Assembly: GCA_963662665.2 (NCBI GenBank)
Contig: CAXXJS010000050.1
Location: forward strand, 1-64,000
DNA length: 64,000 nt
Origin: Candidatus Latescibacterota bacterium
Lineage (GTDB): Bacteria; Latescibacterota; UBA2968; GCA-2709665
Direction: 5' to 3'
Numbering within the stretch: the first letter of the stretch is position 1; each line of letters begins with the position of its first letter. A program made the position numbers and the translations under genes. This document shows, one piece after another, positions 1 to 10,024 of the stretch. The notes under the pieces are model-generated. The model saw only the letters and a list, made by a program, of their open reading frames with translations, made no database searches and was not told where the DNA came from.

Positions 1-292
1 GACAGGGGACGCGTGATTCTGGCGTCCGAGGCTGATGGTGAGCGGCGTGTTTTTTGCCGCGAACAAACCCCCCACATCACAACCGTACGCAAGAAAAGAT
101 CACTCGAGGTTCGTTCCGATAGAGATGTTGTACTACAGAGCGTGGAGAACCTGCCTCCGCCCGCGAAGCGGGTGACCTGTTGTTCCGGCGATTTTTCGGG
201 ACGATAGGGGACGCGCGTTTTTTGCGTCCGAGGCTGCTGGTGAGCGGCGGGTTCTTTGCCGCGAACAAACCCCCAATTTCACCACCGGACGG
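1..292. repeat. Degenerate ~90-bp direct repeat (copies at ~1-90 and ~203-292, 202-bp period) with two conserved hairpins
   Basis: GGACGC-N9-GCGTCC GAGGCTG(A/C)TGGTGA GCGGC-N9-GCCGC GAACAAACCCCC occurs in both copies; stems are identical and loops differ. Confidence 0.8.
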
Positions 293-1019
293 CAAAGAGT
301 CAGACCCGTAAGGACAGCCGCATGGTGTTGCGGTTTTCCCGCTGATCGCTGACTCCTGCGATCCCCGGGAGTCATGGCATCTTGCCGTCGCTGCGCCACT
401 TCTGATTCTGCCTATTCATGGCGCTGACGTTAACAGATTGGAATATTGATTCCAGCTGACTGCTTAAAGCTGACGGTTAAATGCTGCTCACACTCAGGAA
501 GCCACACCGTTGTCTAACGCATTGCGTATCAGGAGCATTTTCAGAGCAGAGCGCGCCATTCCGTTCCGCAACGAACTCCGCTATCCACCTTCGCTTGTAA
601 GGCCGGGGATCCTGTGCATCCCGTGAGGGTATTCGCGCTGTGCATATGGCAGGCCCCGCGCCCAGCGGCGACTATTCCAAAGGCGGTAAGAAGGAAGAGG
701 GAAGCCGGTAGAAGAAATCCCTGCACGCTATTTTATTCTTTCTTGCCTCCGGCACGAAACTAAACCTCACAGTGCAGGAAATCTCTACCCTCTCCCGTCT
801 TGCGTCTTCCCGGTTTTAAGGAACACGCCGTAGGCAGGGAATTTGAGGGGAAGTGGGTTTTTCGCCTTTCCCCGTATGGTTTTCGATCTTGCTTTATAAT
901 GACCGCGTAATGCTGCTCCGCGGTTCTCCCCTTCGTGTCTCTGTGACTTCGTGTGAGAAATGCAGGTCTGAGCGCACCGGGCGTCGCGGGTGTCCTCTCT
1001 CGTCTTCCGTCTCCTCGTT

Positions 1020-2162
1020 TTATATATATCCCGTTGACCCGTCCGGTCGGACCGGCGCCGTGCGCTGCCAGTGGGGGACCTCTTCATCGGGAAGCGCGTC
1101 TTCGTTTACCTCGATGCCCAGGCCCGGTCGGTCTCTGAGTTCCAGGTATCCATCCACCGGCAGGTAGGGGTCCGGGACGTACTCCATCCATCTCGAGCCC
1201 ACCGGGATGACGTATTCCAGGATCTTGAAGTTATGCGTTGCGGCGGCGAAGTGCACGTTGACCGCCGTTGCAATCGGCCCCATCGGGTTGTGCGGCGCGA
1301 TGGTGACGTAGTGCGCCTCGGCGATGGCTGCGATTTTCCGCATTTCGAGAAGGCCCCCGCAGACGCAGACGTCCGGCTGGATGATGTCAGCCGCCCTTGC
1401 GGCGATGAGATTCAGGAATTCGAACCGCGCGTAAAGACTTTCTCCGGTTGCCAGCGGTACCTGCATCTGGCTGCGCAACTGTTGCCAGGCAGGGATGTGT
1501 TCGGGCCTAAGGGGCTCTTCATAAAACAGAGGGTCATACGGTGCCAGGGCGTTGGCGAGTTGCAGGGCTCTGACGGGTTCGAAGATCTTCGCGTGCGGAT
1601 CGAACGCGAATTCCCAGTCGTCGGGGGTACAATCGCGTAGTTCTTCGAAATACGTGGCCGCGGCGTCGCAAACCCGTCCCCAGCGGTCCGCGTCCGGATT
1701 CAACAGGAAGGGGCTTGTCTTGAACGCGGTGAATCCCCATTTGGCATTTAATCGCTGTGCCCCTTCGGCCGCAACCGCGCCGGTCGGTCCGCCGCAGCTC
1801 TGGTAGACCCTCACGCGGTCGCGCAGGTTGCCGCCGAGAAGCATGTATACCGGTACGTTCGCCGCTTTGCCGCTGATATCCCACAGCGCGTGTTCAATCC
1901 CGGAGATGGCGGCCAGGCCGGTACCCCCGGGGGGAAAGCGGAACTGCTGATGGGTCTTCATCATCAGGTATTCGATGCGTCGGGGGTCCTCGCCCACGAA
2001 CCACGTGGCGATATAGTTCACGATGGGCTCGACGGAGAGGTCGGGTCCGATGGAATAGGCTTCGCCCCATCCGCAGAGGCCCTCGTCGGTTTCGACTTTG
2101 ATAAGCGCCCTGGGTCGGTAGCTGTAGGTGACGAGAAAGGTCTTAATCGCGGTAATTTTCAT
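1020..2162 (-). CDS. Mandelate racemase/muconate lactonizing enzyme family (galactonate dehydratase-like)
   Basis: N-terminal MKITAIKTF..KVETDEG..GWGE, ALWDISGK, metal ligands DPH/EEP/GE, IIQPD, PHNPMGP. Confidence 0.9.
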   Translation of the reverse strand: MKITAIKTFLVTYSYRPRALIKVETDEGLCGWGEAYSIGPDLSVEPIVNYIATWFVGEDPRRIEYLMMKTHQQFRFPPGGTGLAAISGIEHALWDISGKAANVPVYMLLGGNLRDRVRVYQSCGGPTGAVAAEGAQRLNAKWGFTAFKTSPFLLNPDADRWGRVCDAAATYFEELRDCTPDDWEFAFDPHAKIFEPVRALQLANALAPYDPLFYEEPLRPEHIPAWQQLRSQMQVPLATGESLYARFEFLNLIAARAADIIQPDVCVCGGLLEMRKIAAIAEAHYVTIAPHNPMGPIATAVNVHFAAATHNFKILEYVIPVGSRWMEYVPDPYLPVDGYLELRDRPGLGIEVNEDALPDEEVPHWQRTAPVRPDGSTGYI

Positions 2163-2189
2163 GGTGGCACGTCTCCTTATGCTAAGAAT

Positions 2190-2420
2190 TCAGTCAGTTG
2201 CGTCTGTTTCCGGTTTGAATTGGAAGAGGTCGCCGGGTGTGCAATCCAGTGCCTGGCAGAGAGATTCGATGGTGGCCAGATCGATCCGTTTCGCCCGGTT
2301 ATTGAAGATGGCTGAAACTGTATTGGCCTGTAGTCCCGTTTGCCTGGCGATCTCCGAGATCCTGTACGGACGGTCCGGGCCCTTTTCGGCCATGAGAATA
2401 TGGAGTTGGAATTTCAACAT
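2190..2420 (-). CDS. XRE/Cro-C1 family helix-turn-helix regulator
   Basis: 76 aa, ISEIARQTGLQANTVS...IDLATIESLCQALDCTPGDLF. Confidence 0.85.
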   Translation of the reverse strand: MLKFQLHILMAEKGPDRPYRISEIARQTGLQANTVSAIFNNRAKRIDLATIESLCQALDCTPGDLFQFKPETDATD

Positions 2421-2596
2421 GGAACTGGTCGTCCAGTCGACGCGTCGACCATCGGACGCGCCGAATACCGCCGCCCTGAAATAGATTAATAAAGAGGCAA
2501 TAAATAATAAAATATTTGTTATAACACGTAATTAGTTACTTATCTTATGGTGGAATCCAACCCTCTGACGTTTTCCCGATCTCGTCTTGCCGCGTT

Positions 2597-3091
2597 TCAG
2601 TCGGTGAACGTCAATGAAATGCCCACCTTCGCGCCGTACTTGCTCTCCGTGCCTTCGGCCACACCCCGGTCCAGGGTTGCTTCCCCGAAAAATCGAAACG
2701 GACCCAGCATTCTCAGGTTCATCCCCGCGACCGCTGTAAAAAGCACCTTTGTGGTTGATCCGTCGATGAGTTCGGCATCCGATTCCTCTTTTGTGTAAAT
2801 CAGACCGCTTCCAACCCCGCCGTAAACCCGGAGGTTGCCCCCCAGAGGAACCTTGTATAGGCCGCGGATGGATACCGGTACGGTAATCGCTCCGTCTTTC
2901 TCGTAATACTCGCCGGCAAGCATCACCCCGGCGGGTTTGCTGCCTAACGGCAGGATGATGGATCCGTGCCAGCCGGGTTCCTTGTCTTCAACATACAGTC
3001 CACCTCCCGCGCGGAAGGCGATCTGGGCCTGTGTTTCAGTAGTAGCCAGCAGGCAGATTGCCCCCACCGACAGGGCGAGATGTCTGATCAT
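2597..3091 (-). CDS. Small outer-membrane beta-barrel protein
   Basis: Signal peptide (TQAQ), amphipathic strands, YGGVGSG, C-terminal GISLTF; start placed at ATG 3091 after AAGGAG. Confidence 0.7.
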   Translation of the reverse strand: MIRHLALSVGAICLLATTETQAQIAFRAGGGLYVEDKEPGWHGSIILPLGSKPAGVMLAGEYYEKDGAITVPVSIRGLYKVPLGGNLRVYGGVGSGLIYTKEESDAELIDGSTTKVLFTAVAGMNLRMLGPFRFFGEATLDRGVAEGTESKYGAKVGISLTFTD

Positions 3092-3139
3092 GGATACGCT
3101 CTCCTTTTTAAACGAAACGACACGCAAGGGATCCCGACC

Positions 3140-3502
3140 TCAAAATCCGTAAGCGATTCCCAGGCGACCGGCGGCCGCCCGCAGTCTTCCCTCCGAGGTC
3201 CAAAACAACAGGTCCGACAACCGTGCGGAGGCCATCAGGTGCGCATCGATCAGACCGACCCCCGCGCCGGACAGCTGGTGATGATCGATGAAATGCAGGA
3301 CCTCCCGCTGGCTGGCCGCGGACGCCTGCGGAAGCGTTTCAAGCAACGTGAGGAAGACCGTCCTGTTGTCCAACTTTCCACAGGCCAGTTCTCCCACGAT
3401 CAATGGATGGCATGCGACCTTTGCTTCGCGCAGGAGCGCCCTCAAACGCCTATTCCCTGTGCGGAGGAACGAGATCCATATTGGGGTATCGACAAGGACC
3501 AT
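3140..3502 (-). CDS. vapC: PIN-domain VapC toxin
   Basis: MVLVDTPIWI, HPLIVGELACG, IDAHLMASA. Confidence 0.9.
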   Translation of the reverse strand: MVLVDTPIWISFLRTGNRRLRALLREAKVACHPLIVGELACGKLDNRTVFLTLLETLPQASAASQREVLHFIDHHQLSGAGVGLIDAHLMASARLSDLLFWTSEGRLRAAAGRLGIAYGF

Positions 3503-3504
3503 GG

Positions 3505-3702
3505 CTACGGGTTTTCGGGACGCCGCCTCGGAACCGGCAGCAGGCTCTTTTCCGTGCCTTCGAGTTCCGCCAGCCTCCTGCTGCTCTCGCGGGCGATCAG
3601 GGCTTCGAGGCCAAGCCTGACCAGGGCGGTTTTCTGTTTGATACCGGTTAACGTGGATGCCCGGTTCAGCAGGGTATCGTCTATATTAAGCGTCGTTCTC
3701 AT
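3505..3702 (-). CDS. vapB: VapB antitoxin (ribbon-helix-helix type)
   Basis: MRTTLNIDDTLL...KTALVRLGLEALIARES; lies 2 nt upstream of vapC; start ATG 3702. Confidence 0.85.
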   Translation of the reverse strand: MRTTLNIDDTLLNRASTLTGIKQKTALVRLGLEALIARESSRRLAELEGTEKSLLPVPRRRPENP

Positions 3703-3738
3703 ATGTAATAATATGCATAATTTATACATATAAGTCAA
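3703..3738 (-). promoter_or_regulatory. Probable sigma70 promoter with AT-rich palindromic operator for a leaderless vapBC transcript
   Basis: Minus strand reads TTGACT-TATATGTATAAATTATGCATATTATTACAT-ATG; includes TATGCATA palindrome; no Shine-Dalgarno. Confidence 0.55.
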
Positions 3739-3888
3739 GTGCGCTCCGCTTTGGGAATGAAGTACTGACAAATCTGCCTCATCGAAAACAATCGGATGCA
3801 AATTGCGTTAGAGATCGATCGTGGGTATGTTAAATTACACTTGGTCGATGGTTTGTCGACAGAAACCCATTGGAACTGCTTACCGGGC

Positions 3889-3912
3889 GGGCGGTTCGCG
3901 AACCGCCCCTAC
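3889..3912 (-). repeat. GTAG-type REP-like palindrome
   Basis: Minus strand GTAG-GGGCGGTTCGCGAACCGCCC; degenerate relative near 15652. Confidence 0.7.
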
Positions 3913-3968
3913 TGATCGCTGATCGCTCTGTCCGAGGGGGTCTGGGGGAGAGATCCCCGGGGTGACAC

Positions 3969-4406
3969 ATGGCTGACAGATTCAAACTGATTCCGGAAGC
4001 CCACGTCTTTCTGATGAACGGTAACGACGAAGTGCTGTTGTTGAGGCGCTACAATACCGGGTACGGGGATGGGAAGTACAGCGTGATCGCGGGGCATATC
4101 GACGGGAATGAGGAGGTCAGGTCAGCGGCCATACGGGAAGCGCGGGAAGAAGCCGGGATTGAGATTCGGCTTTCAGACATCGAAGTGGTGGGGGTGATTC
4201 ACAGGAAGGACGAAGACGAACGAGTGGCGTTCTTCCTCACCGCCTCGAGATGGAGCGGCAACATTGTCAACGCCGAGCCGCACAGATGCGACGACCTGTC
4301 GTGGCATTCCATACGCGATCTTCCTCCAAATATGGTGCCCTACGTCAAGCGAGGATTTGAGAACTTTCTGAACGGCAGGTTCTACGACAGCTTCGGCTGG
4401 GACTGA
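3969..4406 (+). CDS. NUDIX hydrolase
   Basis: Nudix box GHIDGNEEVRSAAIREAREEAGI. Confidence 0.92.
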   Translation: MADRFKLIPEAHVFLMNGNDEVLLLRRYNTGYGDGKYSVIAGHIDGNEEVRSAAIREAREEAGIEIRLSDIEVVGVIHRKDEDERVAFFLTASRWSGNIVNAEPHRCDDLSWHSIRDLPPNMVPYVKRGFENFLNGRFYDSFGWD

Positions 4407-4450
4407 GCATCTTGAAGTCACGCCAGGTTTTGGAGAGGACAACTATAGAC

Positions 4451-4900
4451 ATGGAAGACAGGACAATCGACCTCACAGTCCCGATACCCCCTCAATTGAG
4501 AGTCCTTCTGGTTATACTTGGCATCATTCACATCATCGGCGCCGCTCTTTTTCTAAGCACCGGACACGGGTTTTTCGGTATCCTGAATCTGGTCCTCGGT
4601 CCGTCGTGGCTGTCTTGGGGCCTGTTCTACGACCGGATCAACAGGCACGCCGTCGTGATTCATGATGAGCATCTGAAAATCTGCAAGGGTCTCTTCAGGA
4701 ACCGCAGAATACCATGGGCTTCGATTTCGGGAATCCACTTTGAGTCGAGGAAGATGGACATTCAGGTAACCCGAGGCAAGGACGCCACGGTGAATTTCCA
4801 TGAAAACAGCTCTGGCGCGAGTCGGTTGATACGAGACGAGGTCGTCACCAAACTCAGACCCGTTGCCGAGGCCAACGGGGTGTCGATTGCGGGCGTATAG
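4451..4900 (+). CDS. Hypothetical membrane protein (2 TM helices plus bPH-like C-terminal domain)
   Basis: Two hydrophobic helices, then RRIPWASISGI; GAGGA upstream of ATG 4451. Confidence 0.6.
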   Translation: MEDRTIDLTVPIPPQLRVLLVILGIIHIIGAALFLSTGHGFFGILNLVLGPSWLSWGLFYDRINRHAVVIHDEHLKICKGLFRNRRIPWASISGIHFESRKMDIQVTRGKDATVNFHENSSGASRLIRDEVVTKLRPVAEANGVSIAGV

Positions 4901-4930
4901 CCAACCTGGCCGCGTTGGTCCTAAGTCGCT

Positions 4931-5087
4931 CCCTGAGCATGCGTTGCCCTGAGCCTGTCGAAGGGTCGAAGGGTCGGCGAAGGGATGTCGAACCTTCGTG
5001 AGAGCGGGCATTTCGACATTTCGACAAACTTACTTCGACAGGCCATTTCGGCAAGCTCAACGCAGGCAGCACAAGCAATGCAGGCAT
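4931..5087. repeat. Cluster of nested CCCTGAGCCTGTCGAAGGG / TTCGACAAGCTCA-type palindromic repeats
   Basis: CCCTGAGC[ATGCGTTG CCCTGAGCCTGTCGAAGGG]TCGAAGGG followed by several TTTCGACA starts; relative at 55664-55703. Confidence 0.7.
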
Positions 5088-5259
5088 GTTCAATGACCAC
5101 GTTTCAGCGAAACGGGATGAATGGGCGGGAGATTGGTGAGAAATTTCGGGGACACGACACGAGCGAACCAGGCAGCATCGAGCATCGTTCAGGTCGATTT
5201 GCAGATCAGCCGCATCGATCGGGGAACGGGCTGTCGGGACACCGCGACATCCAGTAAGA

Positions 5260-6024
5260 ATGTCAGAACGAGGACTGCACATGAGCGATGCGCCGCCAGA
5301 CGGTATCAGATATTTCGCGGAAATCGCGGAAACGTACGACCGGGTGCAGCCGGTACTCAGCCCTCCGTACGCGGCGGCCTTGGAGATGATCGTCGAGCTG
5401 ACGCCTTTCGATCCGGAAGGCCCGTTCGAGTTTGTGGATCTCGGATGCGGTACGGCGGAGCCGACCGCGCGGGTGCTGGAACGCTTTCGACGGGCGACCG
5501 GCACTTGCGTAGACAGCGAACCTGAGATGCTCCGGATCGCGAAACGGAAACTGACGCCTTATTCCGGAAGAGTCGAGGTAAAGGAAGCGGACATCACCCG
5601 TTGCACACTCCCGACATGCGATTTGGTCATTACGGCAAAGACCGTCCACCATGTACATCCCGGCAACCTGCCTTCGCTTTTTGCGCGAATCGCGGGCGCA
5701 CTGCGGCCTGGCGGCTGTTTCATCCTATTCGACACAATGTCGGTCGGCCCTGGTTGGACGGCGGCGGTGCGGCAGCAATCGACACGATACCGCGAACGTC
5801 ACATCCAGCGCGCGATTGAATCAGGGATCGTGACACGGGAGGAAATCGACGCCAGGCGGGAGTACAAACGGATGATGAAGGCGGCCGGGAAGGACGTTGA
5901 ATACGAAAATCGCGCGGAAAACCTCATCCGCGCGATGAAGGGGGCGGGATTCGAGGAGGCCGCGGTGGTCTGGCGTCTATTCGCCGACACGATCCTGTTG
6001 GCGTTCGTGCCTGGCAAATACTGA
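5260..6024 (+). CDS. Class I SAM-dependent methyltransferase
   Basis: VDLGCGT motif I, VDSEPEML, ALRPGGCF; alternative start at 5281. Confidence 0.88.
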   Translation: MSERGLHMSDAPPDGIRYFAEIAETYDRVQPVLSPPYAAALEMIVELTPFDPEGPFEFVDLGCGTAEPTARVLERFRRATGTCVDSEPEMLRIAKRKLTPYSGRVEVKEADITRCTLPTCDLVITAKTVHHVHPGNLPSLFARIAGALRPGGCFILFDTMSVGPGWTAAVRQQSTRYRERHIQRAIESGIVTREEIDARREYKRMMKAAGKDVEYENRAENLIRAMKGAGFEEAAVVWRLFADTILLAFVPGKY

Positions 6025-6087
6025 CGCGAATGCGCGGTAAATACCGAATTCGTGGTATTAACCGGACTTGCTCTCGCGGTCCGCCGA

Positions 6088-6537
6088 TCACTCTTCGGCG
6101 AGATGTAACACTTCTTCTTTCAAAGCCGTGCTGAAATAAAACCCGATATTCTCGAGGCTCGTGAGCAAGGGCCTGATGGACGAAACGATTCCCTTTTGTT
6201 TTGCGAGAACCAGTATACCGACGGTGCCAACGACGTCGAGCCCGTACTGTCTCGCAACACTTCTGGCACGGCGGTCATCCGTGATTATTCGGTATTTATG
6301 TTCTCGAGCGAGTGCGATGGCCTCTGCTTCACCATCGTCGACGATCGTCTTTAAAGTTGCCGCCAACGACGGATCGGATAGTTGCGTTACCTTCAGCCAC
6401 GGTATTGAAATTCCGAATTCCAGTTGCACAACCGGCGGTATTATTAAGGAACCAAACAGCGCTGGTAGGATTTCGACACTTCCGATGCGTTCGAGCGCAA
6501 TCAAGCATGTGCTATCGGACACGATGCGCTCGCTCAC
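6088..6537 (-). CDS. DUF3368-family PIN-domain protein (putative toxin)
   Basis: [39 protein letters not shown]. Confidence 0.88.
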   Translation of the reverse strand: MSERIVSDSTCLIALERIGSVEILPALFGSLIIPPVVQLEFGISIPWLKVTQLSDPSLAATLKTIVDDGEAEAIALAREHKYRIITDDRRARSVARQYGLDVVGTVGILVLAKQKGIVSSIRPLLTSLENIGFYFSTALKEEVLHLAEE

Positions 6538-6758
6538 TCGCTGATTTCCTCCCGCAACTCCTCAGGAGAATAATTAAAGATAGGTACGTGTTGTTGTCCA
6601 AGTAGTTCCATGAAATCGCGTTTGGTGCGCCCAGCGGTTCTGGCCGCCTGTCCAAGGGACACTTTACCCGTCTCATAGAGCTTGATAGCAAGGAGCATCT
6701 TCGCTTCTTCTCGCGTTAGTCCTGACGGAAGCTCGACTCTCAAGTCAGTTGCGACCAT
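6534..6758 (-). CDS. UPF0175-family protein (putative antitoxin)
   Basis: [21 protein letters not shown]...FMELL...YSPEELREE; overlaps the DUF3368 start by 4 nt. Confidence 0.88.
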   Translation of the reverse strand: MVATDLRVELPSGLTREEAKMLLAIKLYETGKVSLGQAARTAGRTKRDFMELLGQQHVPIFNYSPEELREEISE

Positions 6759-7066
6759 AGTTGGTGTCCCCGGCAGCAAGTTATCGATAAGTTTTCGTGT
6801 AACAATCAGACCAAATTCACACTTCAAAAGAAATATAAATCAATCCCGTTTAAAGTCAAAATCCAATGCCGTCGAAAATCGGAGCAATATACGACGTGAC
6901 GAATCTCAGCGGAGAAAAAGACTGCGAACGCCATTGATAAATCAGGCGTGCGCACGAGATATCCTACGCGATAAACGTGGACCGGGCTTCGGAGGATTGC
7001 AGCCACCGATTGGCGCAGAGCGCGGTTGTTGTATCGAAATCTGATTTGCACGCAACCAGTCCGCCG

Positions 7067-7930
7067 CTATTGCGATCCGGCACTGACCACGGGTTGTGTC
7101 GATTCGTGCGAGCAGAGGACCACGAGCAGATTACTGACCATCTTCGCCCGCTGTTCATCCGTGAGCTTGATGACATCCTCGTCCATGAGTCGCTTGACCG
7201 CCATTTCCACCATCCCCACGGCGCCGTCGACGATCTTCGCTCTGGCCGATATGACCGCTTCGGCCTGCTGGCGCTGTAACATCGCGTTGGCGATTTCCGG
7301 TGCATAGGCCAGATGGTTGATTCTGGCCTCCTCAATCCGGACGCCCGCGTCCTGAACGCGCTGCTGGATCTCCTCGCCCAGGGATTCGGATACCTCGGTA
7401 ATCGAGGATCGGAGGCTGATCTCTTCGCCTTCAGATTGATCGTACGGATAGCTGGTTGCGAGATGCCGGATTGCCGATTCCGATTGGACCTTTACATACT
7501 GTTCGTAGTCGTCTACGTCGAACAGGGCCTGCGCGGCAACCTGTACTCTCCATACAATGACGGCGGAGATCTCGATGGGGTTGCCCCTGCTGTCGTTCAC
7601 CTTCAGCCGTTCGCTGTCGAAGTTTCTGGCGCGCAGAGAGACCTTTGTTCGACTCTTGAACGGGTTGGTCCATCGAAACCCCTGTGTTGTTTCCGTGCCC
7701 TTGTAGTCGCCAAAAAGCAGCAGGACGACACACTGATTCGGTTCCACCGCGAACAGGCCCGTCAGCAGGACGATCACGATCATGAGAAGGACGATCGACG
7801 AGATAACGGGCACGGCCCCGCCGCCCGTTACACCATGTATGAACACCACCACGGACACGGCCAGAAGCAGAAGCGATACAACCAGCATCAGCCATCCGCT
7901 GGACTGAGGGGTGATTTTTTCCTCTGTCAT
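7067..7930 (-). CDS. SPFH/band 7 domain membrane protein
   Basis: Two N-terminal TM helices, [41 protein letters not shown]. Confidence 0.92.
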   Translation of the reverse strand: MTEEKITPQSSGWLMLVVSLLLLAVSVVVFIHGVTGGGAVPVISSIVLLMIVIVLLTGLFAVEPNQCVVLLLFGDYKGTETTQGFRWTNPFKSRTKVSLRARNFDSERLKVNDSRGNPIEISAVIVWRVQVAAQALFDVDDYEQYVKVQSESAIRHLATSYPYDQSEGEEISLRSSITEVSESLGEEIQQRVQDAGVRIEEARINHLAYAPEIANAMLQRQQAEAVISARAKIVDGAVGMVEMAVKRLMDEDVIKLTDEQRAKMVSNLLVVLCSHESTQPVVSAGSQ

Positions 7931-8116
7931 TGGACACCTCCATATTTGTGTGACGTGATTAATGCAAAATCACCGGATGGGAAAGCTGCCTTCCGTCGAC
8001 GGGTTCACGACCACGAAGTCACTCGCCGCCGTCCACACAGTACGACGCGAAAGCAATCCTTTTTGTTTCGGCGCGAATCGAGAGTGTTTCGTCACCCACG
8101 CGCCGCCGGTGCATTT

Positions 8117-8141
8117 GTATGGGCAACCCTTGTGGTTGCCC
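8117..8141 (+). repeat. REP-like palindrome GGGCAACCCTTGTGGTTGCCC (copy 1)
   Basis: Identical 21-mer at 8925-8945. Confidence 0.8.
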
Positions 8142-8158
8142 GCAAGGAGCCGAATATT

Positions 8159-8893
8159 ATGCTGACGCAGATCTCCTCTTCCGTATTCTGCTGGTCCGAC
8201 ATTCACGGAGCAGCCAGAAATGAGCCCTACACGTGGAACAGCTTTGTCATCCCGACGAGCCATCGGGACGGCCTGGTCCTTGTCGATCCGCTTCCACTTT
8301 CGGCCGAAGACGAGAGGGAAATCGAAGCCATGGGTGAGCCCGCGCACATTCTTCTTACCTGCGAATACCACCTACGGGAATCGGAAGCGTTCAGCGAGCG
8401 ATGGGGTTGCGACATTCATATCCATGCGGACGGATTGGAACATTCCGTAGTGACGATAGACGAGACGTTTCTGGATGGAGACTTGCTGTGGGACGGGATC
8501 GAAGTAATCCACATTACCGATGTCCACTATCCCGATGAGGTCGCGTTTCTGGTGCATGGAGACGAAAATACGATGATTGTGGGAGATGCAGTCTGCGGAG
8601 GAAGAAGGGATCGAGGCGTTCCCGACGGTGAAATCTGGATAAACGCCCCTGAGTACGTCGCCAATCTTTCAAGCGCGCGGGATTCGCTGCGAAAGCTGGC
8701 CGGTCATTCATTCGAGAAAATCGTCTTCGGACACGGATCACCAATCGCAAGTCGCGCCGGCGATATGCTGACCGCATTTGTCGGAGACGACAAGGCCTGG
8801 GTGAAGCTGGAATCCGAAAAAACCGAGAGAACGAACCCGGACTCGCAGGAATTCATCCGGGAAATGGAAGCGAGGAAAACGCGCAGGGAATGA
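8159..8893 (+). CDS. Metallo-beta-lactamase-fold protein (degenerate metal motif)
   Basis: VLVDP, ILLTCEYHLRE, IVGDA, FGHG; AAGGAG before ATG 8159; the upstream part of the 526-aa ORF is a shadow of the SPFH gene. Confidence 0.75.
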   Translation: MLTQISSSVFCWSDIHGAARNEPYTWNSFVIPTSHRDGLVLVDPLPLSAEDEREIEAMGEPAHILLTCEYHLRESEAFSERWGCDIHIHADGLEHSVVTIDETFLDGDLLWDGIEVIHITDVHYPDEVAFLVHGDENTMIVGDAVCGGRRDRGVPDGEIWINAPEYVANLSSARDSLRKLAGHSFEKIVFGHGSPIASRAGDMLTAFVGDDKAWVKLESEKTERTNPDSQEFIREMEARKTRRE

Positions 8894-8920
8894 AGGTGTC
8901 TCACGCCGTCGCCGGGTTTT

Positions 8921-9031
8921 GTCGGGGCAACCCTTGTGGTTGCCCGGGAAACGTCAATTAATATACCGGTCAATAAGGCGTACCCGAAGTCGCGCGGAAT
9001 CTGCAGGGGCGACCGGCCGGTCGCCCCTGCA
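8921..9031. repeat. Two REP-like palindromes (GGGCAACCCTTGTGGTTGCCC copy 2; TGCAGGGGCGACCGGCCGGTCGCCCCTGCA)
   Basis: Perfect 30-bp palindrome at 9002-9031, whose core recurs at 34159-34182 with GTAG. Confidence 0.8.
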
Positions 9032-9163
9032 AAGATAAACATTGCCAGTTGCCATCCCCGGTTTGTGTCGCTAACTTCCGCAAGCTGTTTACGTAGCGCT
9101 GAGCGCCTGCAACTGTCGGTCATCGGTGCGATCTCGTTACATTGTCCAGGTATTCCTGTATAG

Positions 9164-10024
9164 ATGGGGTCTGTTGAAATGTCACCCGATTCCAATCATG
9201 TGCTACGGGCTTCCGCGGCGCACTATCACTGGCAAGGCAGAGGGATGCTCTCCGTCAAGTCGTTCCGGAGTGGGGCCGCACACTATCAGGTGGACGGCCG
9301 AGACATTCGGGTGGATGAGCGATCATACCTCGTGTTGAATCACGATCAGGAATATTCGATAGATATTGATTCCGATTGCGTGATAGACGCATTTTGCATC
9401 TTCTTTCGCGACGGGTTCGCTGAGGAACTCCTGCGCACCCGAAACGTGGATGCGCACAGGCTTGTTGATGACCCGGACGATGTCCCGCCACATGTTGAAT
9501 TCTACCAGGTGACCCGTCCTCATGACGATATCCTCACCCCTGCGTTAAACAGTTTTGAACGGGCGTATCCCCGGCGGCGGCAGGAATCGGGGTGGTTTGA
9601 TGAGCAGATGCACATGATCATGGAGAGACTGCTGCGGGTACAGGGAAGGGTGAATCGGGAAGTGCAGGCGGTGGAGGCCGTTCGGGCTTCAACTCGAACA
9701 GAACTCTACAGGCGAATCCACAGGGCTCGGGATTTTATCCGCTTCTCGTACGCGGAGTCCATTTCGTTAGACGACATGGCAGGCGTTGCGTGCCTGTCAG
9801 TTAACCACTTTCTGAGGACATTCAAGCAGATTCTGGGGCAAACGCCGCATCAATTTCTGGTATCGACTCGCATGGCGCGAGCCGCGAGTCTCCTTACCGA
9901 TACGGATCGCTCCGTCACCGAGATCGCCCTCGCCGTCGGATTCGAGAGTCCCGGATCGTTCAGTTGGCTGTTTCGCCGGCGTTTCGGAGTTTCACCGACG
10001 GGGTTTCGCAATACAAAAAAGTGA
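9164..10024 (+). CDS. AraC family transcriptional regulator
   Basis: C-terminal double HTH: HFLRTFKQILGQTPHQF...VTEIALAVGFESPGSFSWLFRRRFGVSP. Confidence 0.92.
   Translation: MGSVEMSPDSNHVLRASAAHYHWQGRGMLSVKSFRSGAAHYQVDGRDIRVDERSYLVLNHDQEYSIDIDSDCVIDAFCIFFRDGFAEELLRTRNVDAHRLVDDPDDVPPHVEFYQVTRPHDDILTPALNSFERAYPRRRQESGWFDEQMHMIMERLLRVQGRVNREVQAVEAVRASTRTELYRRIHRARDFIRFSYAESISLDDMAGVACLSVNHFLRTFKQILGQTPHQFLVSTRMARAASLLTDTDRSVTEIALAVGFESPGSFSWLFRRRFGVSPTGFRNTKK

Noticed and set aside
32-68. Hammerhead ribozyme (CTGATG...GAAC)
   Set aside because: The core deviates from CUGANGA/GAAA (CTGATGGTGA, GAAC), and the second copy has CTGCTG.
1-292. DGR template/variable repeat pair or CRISPR array
   Set aside because: Differences are not confined to adenines on either strand, the copies are in different frames, there is no RT or cas gene, and the unit is too long for a CRISPR repeat.
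428-482. Integron attC site (GTTAAC...GTTAAAT)
   Set aside because: R-L box spacing is wrong, complementarity is poor, there is no integrase, and neighbouring genes have mixed orientation.
2436-2449. Perfect 14-bp palindrome GTCGACGCGTCGAC upstream of the XRE gene as an operator
   Set aside because: Single GC-rich occurrence with no second site to support it.
7313-8158. N-terminal 282 aa of the 526-aa ORF
   Set aside because: Antisense shadow of the SPFH gene; the real start is ATG 8159 with an RBS.
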